Program-made: the position numbers and the translations under genes | Assembly (NCBI GenBank): GCA_963771355.1 | Contig: CAVYTA010000006.1 | Location: 1,696,001-1,760,000 of the forward strand | From: an uncultured Candidatus Rokubacteria bacterium | Lineage (GTDB): Bacteria; Methylomirabilota; Methylomirabilia; Rokubacteriales; CSP1-6 | DNA length: 64,000 nucleotides | Reading direction: 5' to 3' | In this document: positions 1-9,215 of the stretch, piece after piece | Layout: every line of letters starts with the position of its first letter | How positions within the stretch are numbered: position 1 is the first letter of the stretch | Notes under the pieces: model-generated | The model's database searches: none | What the model was told of the DNA's origin: nothing | Seen by the model: the letters and a program-made list of their open reading frames with translations, nothing else

Positions 1-2237
1 TAGCCGCCGGGCGTCAGGGGCGAGGGCGTCTCGCGGTGGCCGATGTCGAACGACGGGAGGTCGGCGGCGGCGGGCAGCGCATAGTCCATGAGGGTCCCGG
101 TGAGGAGCTGTCCCGCCTCGTCGTAGACCAGCCGCTCGCCCAGCGCCTCGCCAATGCCCTGGGCCAGAGCGCCATGGATCTGCCCGCGCACGATCATGGG
201 GTTGATCACGGGGCCGCAGTCCTCGACCACGACGTAGTCGCGTACGGCGACGCGCCCGGTCTCGGCGTCCACCTCCACGTTGGCCACATGCACCGCGCCC
301 GAGAAGGTCGGTCCCGGCGGATCGAAGCGCTCGGTCTCGGCCAGCGCCGCGGGCGCCCCGGCGCCGTCCCCCGCCCCATCCCCAGCGCGATCCCCAGCGC
401 CATCGGTGCCTGCGGATTCGGCAATCCGCGCGATGTCGCCGAGCGCGAGCCCGCGGTCCGGCACGCCGCGCACGCTCGCCCGCCCGCCGGCCAGCACGAG
501 ATCGGCCGCGCTCACCTCGAGCCGCGTGGCGGCCAGCGCGAGCACCCGCTCGCGCACCCGGCGGGCGGCGCCGTCGGCCGCGCCGCTCGACACGATGGCC
601 CCGCGGCTGGCGAAGGTGCCGCTTCCCGCGGGCGCCACGTCGGTGTCGGGCTGCCGCACGGTCACGCGCTCGAGGGGAACGCCGAGCCGGTCGGCCACGA
701 GCTGGGCCACCGTGGTTCCGTGGCCCTGCCCCTGGGTCGGGAAGGAGACCTCGCAGATCACGTCGCCGTGAGGGGTCACGCGCACGGTCGCCGCCTCGTC
801 GCCCGGCACGTCCATCATGCCCCGGCCGCGATAGGTCCGCGAGCCGATGCCGGTCGATTCCGTGTAGCAGGCGATGCCGATGCCGACCAGGCGTCCCTGG
901 GCTCGCTGGGCCGTCTGCTGCGCGCGCCGCTCTTCGTACTGAGCCCGCTCGAGGGCGTCGGCGAGGGCAGCGGGAAAGTCGCCGCTGTCGTAGACGAAGC
1001 CCGAGGCGGAGGTGAAGGGATAGCGCTCGCGCGGAATCAGGTTGCGACGGCGGACCTCGGCGGGGTCGAGGCCGAGGCGGGCAGCCAGGAGATCGAGCGT
1101 CCGCTCCATGGCGAAGGCGCCCATGGTCATGCCCACTCCGCGATAGGCGCCCAGCGGCGGCTTGTTGGTGGCGACCGCGACCGCATGCCACTCATAGGCG
1201 GGGGTGAGGTACGGCCCCGGCAGGATATTGGCGATGCCCAGCGGCTCGAGCGCCTGGGTGAGCGGGAAGATCTGATAGGCGCCCGCGTCCGAGTAGACCC
1301 GCGCGCGCAGCGCGAGGAGCACCCCCCGGCCGTCGGCGGCGGCCTCCACCTCGACCCGCGCCTCGCGCGCCTGAGAGGCGGCGGCGAGATTCTCGCGTCG
1401 CGTCTCCACCCACTTCACGGGGCGGCCGGTGGCGCGCGCCAGGGCCGCCACCGCCAGGTCCTCGGGCAGCAGGTGCATTTTCTGGCCGAAGCCGCCGCCG
1501 GTATCGGGAACGATCACGCGCACCTGGCCGCCGTCGAGCCCGAAGGCTCCGGCCAGGCCCACCCGCATCACGTGCGGGATCTGCGTGCTCATCCACGCCG
1601 TGAGCCGGCCCCCGTCCCAGGAGGCCACGATCCCGCGCGCCTCCAGCGGCGAGGCGGACACCCGCGCATGCGTGAAGGTCTCCGCGATCCGCACTGCGGC
1701 GCGGGCGAAGCCTCCCTCCACGTCGCCGAGCTGGTGACGACGCTCGAAGAGGAGATTGCCGGGCAGCGCGTCGTGGACCCGCGGCGCGTCTGGAGCCAGC
1801 GCCGCGCCGGCATCGGCCACCACCGCCAGCGGCGCATAGACGACATCCATCGCTTCCGCGCCGTCGGCCGCGGCATAGGGGCTGTCCGCGGCGACCACCC
1901 CCACCGCTTCCCCCACGAAGCAGGCGCGCTCGGGGGCGAGCGGGGCCCACGCGGTAGAAAAGTAGCCGCCCCCCTCGAGCCGTGGGGCCAGCGGGCCCAC
2001 CGTGCCCACGAGATCCGCGCCGCTGAGCGCGCCCCGCACCCCGGGCACCGCGCGCGCCGCGCCCGTCTCCACCGCGAGCACACGCGCGTGCGCGTGCGGG
2101 CTGCGGACGAAGGCGGCATGGAGGCAGCCGGCAGGATGCAGGTCGTCGAGATATTCGCCGCGTCCCGAGAGGAGACGGGGATCCTCGGTGCGCCTCACGG
2201 AGGCGCCGGTGTAGCGGAGCGCGGAGGCGTCGCTCAG
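1..2237 (-). CDS. Xanthine dehydrogenase/CoxL-family molybdopterin-binding large subunit (3' end lies outside the window)
   Basis: Absent from the ORF track because it runs off the edge. Manual translation gives SDASALRYTGASVRRTEDPRLLSGRGEYLDDL..HAAFVRSPHAHARV, GGGFGQK, TNKPPLGAYRGVG (1131-1148) and HVANVEVDAETG. Probable CTG start overlapping the upstream TGA (CTGA). Confidence 0.9.
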   Translation of the reverse strand, partial: MSDASALRYTGASVRRTEDPRLLSGRGEYLDDLHPAGCLHAAFVRSPHAHARVLAVETGAARAVPGVRGALSGADLVGTVGPLAPRLEGGGYFSTAWAPLAPERACFVGEAVGVVAADSPYAAADGAEAMDVVYAPLAVVADAGAALAPDAPRVHDALPGNLLFERRHQLGDVEGGFARAAVRIAETFTHARVSASPLEARGIVASWDGGRLTAWMSTQIPHVMRVGLAGAFGLDGGQVRVIVPDTGGGFGQKMHLLPEDLAVAALARATGRPVKWVETRRENLAAASQAREARVEVEAAADGRGVLLALRARVYSDAGAYQIFPLTQALEPLGIANILPGPYLTPAYEWHAVAVATNKPPLGAYRGVGMTMGAFAMERTLDLLAARLGLDPAEVRRRNLIPRERYPFTSASGFVYDSGDFPAALADALERAQYEERRAQQTAQRAQGRLVGIGIACYTESTGIGSRTYRGRGMMDVPGDEAATVRVTPHGDVICEVSFPTQGQGHGTTVAQLVADRLGVPLERVTVRQPDTDVAPAGSGTFASRGAIVSSGAADGAARRVRERVLALAATRLEVSAADLVLAGGRASVRGVPDRGLALGDIARIAESAGTDGAGDRAGDGAGDGAGAPAALAETERFDPPGPTFSGAVHVANVEVDAETGRVAVRDYVVVEDCGPVINPMIVRGQIHGALAQGIGEALGERLVYDEAGQLLTGTLMDYALPAAADLPSFDIGHRETPSPLTPGG
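357..404 (-). repeat. 4 x 12-bp in-frame minisatellite encoding DGAG-DRAG-DGAG-DGAG
   Basis: Plus-strand units cccggcgccgtc / ccccgccccatc / cccagcgcgatc / cccagcgccatc, in frame with the CoxL-like CDS. Confidence 0.75.
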
Positions 2238-3232
2238 GGCTTGACCACCCGCGGCAGCACCTCTCCGGCCAGCAGCTCGAGCTGCTCCAGGCTCCAGTCG
2301 AGCGGATTCAGCACGATGTGCTCGCAGCCGCCAAGCGTCGCGACCTTTTTCCGGATCTTGTCCGCCACCTCCTCGGCCTCGCCGAGGAGGTAGAACTCCT
2401 TCCAGTAGGGCAGATCCATCCCGGAATATGTCTTGAAGCGGGGAATGGCCGACTCCGGCTTCTCCCCCTTCTTCAGCACCCAGACGAAGTTCGAGTAGAC
2501 CTTGGTCATGTCGTCCGGCTTCCGGCCGAACTCGGCCATGAAGCGCTGGATCTTGTCCCAGTCCCCCTTGACCATGTCGGCGGTGGAGGAGGAGTGGGGC
2601 ACCCAGGTCTTGGCGTACTTGGCGATGCGGCGCAGCACCGGATCGATATTGGCCACGGTCTGGGCGTAGATCTTCTCCGACGGCTGCGTGCCGCCCCCGA
2701 TCCAGATGGGCGGGTGCGGCTTCTGCACCGGCTTGGGATCGATGGTCAGGTTCTCGAACGCGTAGTACTTGCCCTTGTAGGTCACACGGTCGCCCGCCCA
2801 GAGCGCGGTCACCGCCTCCAGCATCTCGTCCATGCGGCGGCCGCGTTCCCGGTGCGGCACGCCCATGAGGGCGAACTCCTCCTCGTGCCAGCCCACGCCC
2901 ACCCCCAGAATCGACCGCCCCCCGGAGAGGAGATCGAGGGTGGCCCACTCCTTGGCGAAGTAGGCGGGGTTGCGCAGCGGCAGCACCAGCACCATGGTGC
3001 CGAGCCGCATGGTGCGCGTGACGCCGGCCAGCGCGGAGAGCAGCGCCACCGGCTCGAGCCAGGTGCAGGCGTAGGCGGGCGGGGTGAGCAGCAGATGGTC
3101 GATGGACACCGCGCAGTCGAAGCCGAGATCCTCGGCGCGCCGGAGATACGCCCCCATGTCGGCCAGGGTTGCGGTGCGCGGGCCGAGCGCGAAGCTGGGA
3201 ATCCTCAGACCGAACTTCACCGGGGTGGTCAT
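2234..3232 (-). CDS. LLM-class (luciferase-like) flavin- or F420-dependent oxidoreductase
   Basis: RAEDLGFD..IDH, LGTMVLVLPLRNP, LDLLSGGR..LGVGVGW, PKPVQKPHPPIWIGG. Confidence 0.9.
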   Translation of the reverse strand: MTTPVKFGLRIPSFALGPRTATLADMGAYLRRAEDLGFDCAVSIDHLLLTPPAYACTWLEPVALLSALAGVTRTMRLGTMVLVLPLRNPAYFAKEWATLDLLSGGRSILGVGVGWHEEEFALMGVPHRERGRRMDEMLEAVTALWAGDRVTYKGKYYAFENLTIDPKPVQKPHPPIWIGGGTQPSEKIYAQTVANIDPVLRRIAKYAKTWVPHSSSTADMVKGDWDKIQRFMAEFGRKPDDMTKVYSNFVWVLKKGEKPESAIPRFKTYSGMDLPYWKEFYLLGEAEEVADKIRKKVATLGGCEHIVLNPLDWSLEQLELLAGEVLPRVVKP

Positions 3233-3798
3233 CGGAGTCCGTCCTCCTTCTTGGCCTCGGCCACGGTGAGTCCGCCCACGCGCGCGTGAGGCCGCCCGCC
3301 GTCCGTCACCACGAGGGCCACGAGGATCTCACCCGCCTTCGGCGCGTCTACCAGACGGACTTCCATGGCGTCGAAGTGGGTGCGGACGAAGGCGGCGTCC
3401 TTGTAGTGCAGTGGCACGTCGATGGACGTGCCCGGGCCGCCGAGCTTCTTGGCCGAGGGGATGATGGCTTTCCCGCCGTCCACCGCGGCGCGGAAGGGCG
3501 TGCCCAGCGTCGGGTGCAGGATGGCGGCGGCATGCTCGTACTCGCCGTCCACGCCCACCACCGCCGCCTTGCCATAGGAGTGCACCGGCGCGCCGAGTGC
3601 CGCCACCGCACGGCGGCCAAGCAAGTCGCCCAGTTCCTCCCCCGTCTTCACCAGCTCCCCCAGGTCTTCCTGGTAGCGGCCCGCGAAGGGATTCTCGATC
3701 ACTGCCACCGCGGCGACCTTCTTGACCGGCTTCGCCGCGCGGCGTCCGCCGTCTTCCAGGATCTCCTCCGTCACCGTCACGAGCTTGCGGATCTTCAT
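3229..3798 (-). CDS. DUF1185 ('amino acid synthesis') family protein
   Basis: AVIENPFAGRY, SYGKAAVVG..GEYEHAAA, IDVPLHYKDAAFVRTHFD, GGRPHAR. ATG at 3798 overlaps the enamidase stop (TGATG). Confidence 0.88.
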   Translation of the reverse strand: MKIRKLVTVTEEILEDGGRRAAKPVKKVAAVAVIENPFAGRYQEDLGELVKTGEELGDLLGRRAVAALGAPVHSYGKAAVVGVDGEYEHAAAILHPTLGTPFRAAVDGGKAIIPSAKKLGGPGTSIDVPLHYKDAAFVRTHFDAMEVRLVDAPKAGEILVALVVTDGGRPHARVGGLTVAEAKKEDGLR

Positions 3799-4973
3799 CA
3801 ATGCGCTCCTCCCGCGGGGCCCTGGCCCTTGATGACCTCGGCGGCGCGTGCCGCCGGCGGCGTGTTGCGGCTGCGTCCGATACGGATCTGCCCATCGATG
3901 AGCACCATGGAGATACCGAAGAGATCGCCCGCCCGCAGCGCCTCCAGCGCGGTCCCGCCCACCGAGCCCACCGGCGCGTCCACGAGGCAGCAGTCGGCCT
4001 CGCGGCCGGGCGCGATCTGGCCCACCGGCAGCCCGTAGACACGCGCGGTATTGCCGGTCGCCATGCAGATGGCCACCTCCGGCGCGACCCCGCCCAGCGA
4101 GGCGAGATGCGCGATGACGCGCAGGATGCCGAGCGGCACCACTCCGGTTCCGGACGGGGCATCGTTACCGATGATGATCCGGTGCAGGGCGCGAGCGTCG
4201 GTGGCGCGGGCCAGCGTGTGGAGCGCGGTCTTGCCGTTGCCGCAGTGGACGATCTCCAGCGCCATGCTCGTGGTCACGAGCGAATCGATCTCGCGCTCGC
4301 TCATGGAGGTAGTACCGCCGTTGATGTGGCCCACCACGTGGGGATCGGCCTCGAGGACCACCTCGGCGCTGATGGGATTGGAGCCGGCGATGGACGGCCC
4401 GCCGGTGTGAATGGTCACGGTCATCCCGTGCTTGCGGGCCCAGCGGACCATGGGGGCCGCGTCCTTACCCGTCTTCACCGAGCCCAGCCCGATCTCGCCC
4501 ACGAGCTTCACCCCGGCGCGGGCCATCTCCACGAAGTCCTCCTCCACCAGCCCGAGCTCGAGGATGGGCGCCCCGCCGTGCACCTTGACGCCGGCGGGCC
4601 GGAGGTTCGCGTAGGCCTTGGACGCCACGATGGCCAGGGCCTTGAGCCCCACGATGTCTCTTGGCCTTCCGGGAAGGTGAACCTCCCCCGCCGAGATCAT
4701 TGTCGTGAGACCGCCGTGGAGGCCCGACTCGATGAAGTCCATCGTCCGCTGCCGTGGGGTGAAGTCGCCGAAGACGGGATGGCAATGCGAGTCGATGAGC
4801 CCGGGGATGAGGGTGCTGCCCTTGGCGTCGATGACGGTGTCGGCGTCCGCGTCGAGGCCGCGGCCCAGCGCGACGAACCTCCCGTCCGCGATGAGGACGG
4901 CGGTCTCGTCGAGGAGCGGCCGCTCGATGTCCCCCGAGACGATCTGGCCGATGTTCTTGATCAGCGTCCGCAT
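3798..4973 (-). CDS. ena: Enamidase-like amidohydrolase
   Basis: IKNIGQIVSGDI, PGLIDSHCH, PRQRTMDFI, RPAGVKVHGG, GEIGLG, HTGG, HING, GNDAPSGTG, SRNTPPA. These match the Eubacterium barkeri enamidase as I recall it; the binuclear-metal ligands HxH/E/H/H/D are present. Confidence 0.88.
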   Translation of the reverse strand: MRTLIKNIGQIVSGDIERPLLDETAVLIADGRFVALGRGLDADADTVIDAKGSTLIPGLIDSHCHPVFGDFTPRQRTMDFIESGLHGGLTTMISAGEVHLPGRPRDIVGLKALAIVASKAYANLRPAGVKVHGGAPILELGLVEEDFVEMARAGVKLVGEIGLGSVKTGKDAAPMVRWARKHGMTVTIHTGGPSIAGSNPISAEVVLEADPHVVGHINGGTTSMSEREIDSLVTTSMALEIVHCGNGKTALHTLARATDARALHRIIIGNDAPSGTGVVPLGILRVIAHLASLGGVAPEVAICMATGNTARVYGLPVGQIAPGREADCCLVDAPVGSVGGTALEALRAGDLFGISMVLIDGQIRIGRSRNTPPAARAAEVIKGQGPAGGAH

Positions 4974-4986
4974 CAGTCACGTGTCC

Positions 4987-5676
4987 TCACAGGGTGAGAT
5001 AGGCCCGGCGCACCGATTCGTCGGCCATCAGCCGCGCGATGGGGCCTTCCCACTTGATCTCGCCCTTCTCGATGATATAGGCGCGGTCGGCGAGCCGGGC
5101 CGCGAACCGCAGATTCTGCTCGGAGAGCAGGATGGTCAAGCCCTCGCGCTTCAGCGCGGCGATCTGCTCGCCCAGTGCCCGCACTACCACCGGGGCCAGG
5201 CCCTCGGAAGGCTCGTCGAGCAGGACCAGGCGGGGGTTGCTCATGAGGGTGCGCGCCACCGTGAGCATCTGCTGCTCGCCCCCGGAAAGATTTCCCGCGC
5301 GCCGGCGCACCAGCTCGCCGAGCTTGGGGAACAGCTGGTAGATGCGCGCGGCATGCCACGCGCCCCCCGGCCGCTCGCCCACGCGCAGATTCTCTTCCAC
5401 CGTGAGGTCGCTGAAGATGCGCCGGTCCTCGGGCACCCAGCCCACCCCCAGGCGGGCGATCTGATGCGTGGCGAGACGGGTGATCTCGCGTCCCTCGAGA
5501 TGGACACCGCCGCCGGTGACCTCCACCAGGCCCACGATGGCCTTGAGCGTGGTGGACTTCCCCGCCCCGTTCCGGCCCAGGAGGGAGACCACCTCGCCGG
5601 CGCGCGCCCGGAGACTGACTCCGTGGAGCACGCGCGAGAGCCCGTAGGCGGCGTGAACGCCGGACAGCTCGAGCAC
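4987..5676 (-). CDS. livF: Branched-chain amino acid (HAAT) ABC transporter ATP-binding protein, LivF-like
   Basis: GRNGAGKST, VPEDRRIF, LSGGEQQML, LLDEPSEGL. GTG start at 5676 overlaps the DUF169 stop; the N-terminal part of track ORF 4987..6228 is spurious. Confidence 0.9.
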   Translation of the reverse strand: MLELSGVHAAYGLSRVLHGVSLRARAGEVVSLLGRNGAGKSTTLKAIVGLVEVTGGGVHLEGREITRLATHQIARLGVGWVPEDRRIFSDLTVEENLRVGERPGGAWHAARIYQLFPKLGELVRRRAGNLSGGEQQMLTVARTLMSNPRLVLLDEPSEGLAPVVVRALGEQIAALKREGLTILLSEQNLRFAARLADRAYIIEKGEIKWEGPIARLMADESVRRAYLTL

Positions 5677-6458
5677 TACTTCTTGTCCTTGTCCGAATAG
5701 CTCACCGCCAGGCCGGCTCCCGCGTCCGCCTGGATGCCGTAGGGCGGGATCGGATAGCGCAGCCCGTTCTTCGACAGCGCGGCCAGGCCCTCGATCACCT
5801 TGGGCAAGAACCGCGGGGGGATGGCCATCAGCAGCTCGTCGTCCGCCACCCCGCCGTAGCGCCGCTCCGCGTAGCAGGGAATGGTCAGGGCGGGCTCGCC
5901 CGTCTTGAGCGCCTTGCCCCAGGAATCGGCGCACGCCGATTCTCCCACCGAGGTGAAGGACAGCTTCTTGTAGCCGATCCACTGGAGCCCGTTGATGAAG
6001 AAGATCATCTGGCCGGGCGTGCCGTAGATCAGGCAGATGTCGGGCGGATCGAGGCGGCCGGAGGTCAGCGGGGCCACCGCCATCGCGCGATAGCGGCCGT
6101 ACGGCACGCAGTCCATGGCGTGCTGGTGCCGGCTCGCGTCCTCCTGCGTCTTGAACCAGACGCCGGCCATGCGGTGGCCCGAGAGCCACTCGTCGTCCTG
6201 CGGCGAGAGCCCGATCACGGCGCCGCATTGCGCCCCCACCAGGTCGGCCATGGTGATGCCCACCGTCCAGCCGAGCTGGCGCGCCTGGGCCACGATCTGG
6301 TCGGTGGTGTGCTTGGCCCGGGGCCGGCGGATCTTGGGAATGGCCTCCATCTCCTCCACCGTCTCGAAGAGCTTCATCCCGATGGGGATGGAGCGTAGCC
6401 GCAGGTGCTGGTTGAGGCCCGCCACGATCGCGTCCCAGTCGTATCGTTCCGTCGTCAT
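5676..6458 (-). CDS. DUF169-family protein
   Basis: LRLRSIPIGMK, PDICLIYGTPGQM, ESACADSW, IPCYAERRYGG..DELL pattern. Confidence 0.8.
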   Translation of the reverse strand: MTTERYDWDAIVAGLNQHLRLRSIPIGMKLFETVEEMEAIPKIRRPRAKHTTDQIVAQARQLGWTVGITMADLVGAQCGAVIGLSPQDDEWLSGHRMAGVWFKTQEDASRHQHAMDCVPYGRYRAMAVAPLTSGRLDPPDICLIYGTPGQMIFFINGLQWIGYKKLSFTSVGESACADSWGKALKTGEPALTIPCYAERRYGGVADDELLMAIPPRFLPKVIEGLAALSKNGLRYPIPPYGIQADAGAGLAVSYSDKDKK

Positions 6459-7207
6459 TCCTCGTCTCCCAGATAGACGCGCTGCACTTCCGGATTCGCT
6501 CGCACGTCGGCGGGCTTGCCGTCGGCGATCACCCGGCCCTGGTGCAGCACCATGATGCGGTCGGCCACCGCGAACACCACGTCCATGTCGTGCTCGGTGA
6601 ACAGCACCGTCAGCTCGCGCTCGCGCGCCAGGCGGGCGACCAGCGCCATCAGCGCGCCCCGCTCGCCGGGCGCCATGCCCGCGGTGGGCTCGTCGAGCAG
6701 GAGCACGGTAGGATCATTGGCCAGCGCCACCGCCAGCTCCAGCTTCTTGAGATCGCCATAGGCCAGCACCGCGGCCGGCCGGGCGGCCTGCTCGTCCAGG
6801 CCCACCTGCGCCAGCCGCCGGCGCGACTCCTCGACCTCGAGCCGCGCGGCGGGCGTGAGCAGCGAGTACGTCCGCCGCCGGTACGAGATGCGCGCGACCT
6901 GCACGTTCTCGAGCGCGGTGAGCGACGCGAACGTGGCCGTGATCTGAAACGTCCGGCTCACCCCGCGCCGCCAGATCCGATGCGGCGGCAGCCCGGTCAC
7001 CCGCTCCCCGTTGAGCCGGACCTCGCCCCGATCCGGCCGGAGCTGTCCCGTGAGCATGTTGAAGCACGTGGTCTTTCCCGCGCCATTGGGGCCGATGAGC
7101 GCCCGGAGCTCGCCCCGGGTCAGGGCCAAGTCTACGCCGTCGACGGCGCGGACGCCGCCGAAGGTCTTGGTAAGGCCACGCGTCTCCAATACGGACTGCC
7201 CGCTCAT
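6455..7207 (-). CDS. livG: HAAT ABC transporter ATP-binding protein, LivG-like
   Basis: GPNGAGKTT, SRTFQI, LLLDEPTAGM, EHDMDVVF, NPEVQRVYLG. Confidence 0.92.
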   Translation of the reverse strand: MSGQSVLETRGLTKTFGGVRAVDGVDLALTRGELRALIGPNGAGKTTCFNMLTGQLRPDRGEVRLNGERVTGLPPHRIWRRGVSRTFQITATFASLTALENVQVARISYRRRTYSLLTPAARLEVEESRRRLAQVGLDEQAARPAAVLAYGDLKKLELAVALANDPTVLLLDEPTAGMAPGERGALMALVARLARERELTVLFTEHDMDVVFAVADRIMVLHQGRVIADGKPADVRANPEVQRVYLGDEE

Positions 7208-7238
7208 GCGCTCAACGCGGTAGTAGACGGTTGTCTGC

Positions 7239-9161
7239 TCATGAGGTCGAAGCGGTGGGGGGGTCTGGGGAAGCAGGGCGAGGCGCAGCCGGAGGCGAGC
7301 CGAGCGAAGATGGCGGAGCGGCGCTCGCTCCCCCCCAGCTTAATGATCTGAGATCGAGCACCGCCACCAGCCCACGCGGGAACGCCAGCACGAGCACGAT
7401 CAGGATCCCGCCCAGGAGCGCCTGCCAGTACTCGGTGTAGCGGGTGATCACGGTGTCGAGCAGCTTGTAGGCGACGGCGCCGAGCGGAGGGCCGGCAAAG
7501 GAGCCCACCCCGCCCAGGAGCACCATCACCAGTGGTTGCACCGACATCGGCGCGTCCACATAGGGGGGGAAGACGCTGCCCTTGAGAAAGACGAACACTG
7601 CGCCGCCCAGGCCCGCGAAGAAGGCCGCCACCACGAAGGCCACCAGCCGGTGCACCCGAAGGTTCACCCCCACCGCTTCGGCGCGCCGGGGATGATCGCG
7701 CGCGGCCCGCAGGATGAGCCCGAAGGGCGAGACCATCACGCGGCGGAGCGCGGCCAGTCCGACCACGCCGGCGACGAGCGCGACGTAGTAGTAGCGGATG
7801 GGCGAGGCCAGCCACGGCGGCGGCCATACGCTGAGGAGGCCGTTATCGCCGCCGGTCAGCTCGTCCCACTGGTGGACGACCGCGTAGACGATCTGGGCGA
7901 AGGCCAGGGTGAGCATGGCGAAGTAGATGCTCGAGAGCCGGACGCAGAAGTAACCGAAGACCACCCCCACCAGCGCCGCCACGAAGGGCGCGGCGAGGAA
8001 GGCGGCGGGCATGGGCAGGCCCGCCTGCTTCATGAGAATGGCGGCGCCGTACGCGCCCAGGCCGAAGTAAGCGGCGTGGCCAAAGGAGACCATGCCGCCG
8101 CCCATGAGGAGATAGAGGCTCGCGGCGAAGAGCGTGAAGGCCAGCATCTCGATGAGGAGCCAGACGTGGAAGATGGGGAGGAAGGGCGGCACCACGACGA
8201 GAGCGACCAGGAGGGCGGCCAGCCAGGCACGCGGGATGCCCCGGCCGGTTCCGCCCGTCTCCACCGCGGCCCCCGCCGCGCGGAGCGCCACCTCGGGCCG
8301 GCCGAGAAGTCCCCACGGCCGCACGATCAGCACCACCGCCATCACCCCGAAGATCAGCACGATGGAGATACGCGGCAGGATGAGGATGCCGAAGGCCCCG
8401 AGGACGCCGATGAGGATCGAGGCGAGGAGGGCTCCCCACACCGAGCCCATGCCTCCGACCACCACGACCACGAACGCCTCCACGATCACGGTGGTGTCCA
8501 TCACGGTGGTGAGGGCCACACGCGGCACCTGCAGGGCGCCCGCGAGGCCGGCCAGGAAGCAGCCGAGCACGAACACGCCGGTGAAGAGACGTGACTGATC
8601 CACGCCGAGGGCGGCCACCATCTCGCGATCCTGGGTGGCGGCACGGATGAGGATGCCCCAGCGCGTGCGGTAGAAGAGCGCCCAGAGGCCGAGCGCCACC
8701 GCCGGCCCCACCACCAGCATGGCGAGATCGTAGGTGGGAAAGAGCTGGCCGGCGACCACCACCGAGCCGGCCAGCCCGGGCGCGCTCGGGCCCGTCTTGT
8801 TGTCCGCGCCCCAGAAGTACTTGACCGCGTCCGACACCACCAGGACCAGCGCGAAGGTGAGCAGGAGCTGGTAGAGCTCGGGCGCCCGGTACACGCGGCG
8901 CAGCAGGACCACTTCCACCACCCCGCCCACCAGGCCCGTGGCGAGGGCGGCGGCCAGAATCGCGAGATAGAAGCCGGAGCCGCCTGGCGGGAGCGCGGCC
9001 GCCAGCGCGTAGGTGAGATAGGCGGCCAGCATGTAGAACGACCCGTGGGCGAAATTGACGATGCGGGTGACACCGAAGATCAGTGTGAGCCCCGACGCCA
9101 CCAGGAAGAGGAACATGGCGTTGGCGAGGCCGCTGAGGAGCTGGATGAAGAGGAAGGACAT
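7239..9161 (-). CDS. Fused LivH-LivM HAAT ABC permease with a repeat-derived C-terminal tail
   Basis: GLTLIFGV.RIVNFAHG and VVVVGGMGS (LivH half); SFGHAAYFGLGAY, YFAMLTLAFAQ, TGGDNG, LAFPRGL (LivM half). Confidence 0.9.
   Translation of the reverse strand: MSFLFIQLLSGLANAMFLFLVASGLTLIFGVTRIVNFAHGSFYMLAAYLTYALAAALPPGGSGFYLAILAAALATGLVGGVVEVVLLRRVYRAPELYQLLLTFALVLVVSDAVKYFWGADNKTGPSAPGLAGSVVVAGQLFPTYDLAMLVVGPAVALGLWALFYRTRWGILIRAATQDREMVAALGVDQSRLFTGVFVLGCFLAGLAGALQVPRVALTTVMDTTVIVEAFVVVVVGGMGSVWGALLASILIGVLGAFGILILPRISIVLIFGVMAVVLIVRPWGLLGRPEVALRAAGAAVETGGTGRGIPRAWLAALLVALVVVPPFLPIFHVWLLIEMLAFTLFAASLYLLMGGGMVSFGHAAYFGLGAYGAAILMKQAGLPMPAAFLAAPFVAALVGVVFGYFCVRLSSIYFAMLTLAFAQIVYAVVHQWDELTGGDNGLLSVWPPPWLASPIRYYYVALVAGVVGLAALRRVMVSPFGLILRAARDHPRRAEAVGVNLRVHRLVAFVVAAFFAGLGGAVFVFLKGSVFPPYVDAPMSVQPLVMVLLGGVGSFAGPPLGAVAYKLLDTVITRYTEYWQALLGGILIVLVLAFPRGLVAVLDLRSLSWGGASAAPPSSLGSPPAAPRPASPDPPTASTS
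7257..7345. repeat. REP-like G-run/hairpin element overlapping the permease 3' end
   Basis: GGGGGGGTCTGGGG....CCCCCCCAG architecture followed by a short AT-rich tail (ttaatgat). It is read as a low-complexity Pro/Ser/Ala tail. Confidence 0.5.
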
Positions 9162-9168
9162 GATCCCC

Positions 9169-9206
9169 TCACCTCACCCTCCCCGCACGGCCAGAGGGTG
9201 AGGTGA
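9169..9206. repeat. Intergenic inverted repeat between the binding-protein and permease genes (mRNA stabiliser or attenuator)
   Basis: Perfect 13-bp stem tcacctcaccctc / gagggtgaggtga with a 12-nt loop. Confidence 0.7.
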
Positions 9207-9215
9207 AGAGTCCCG

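Noticed and set aside
36..2393. 785-aa plus-strand ORF
   Set aside because: Antisense shadow of the CoxL-like gene. It is Arg/Gly/His-rich with no motifs, as expected in high-GC DNA.
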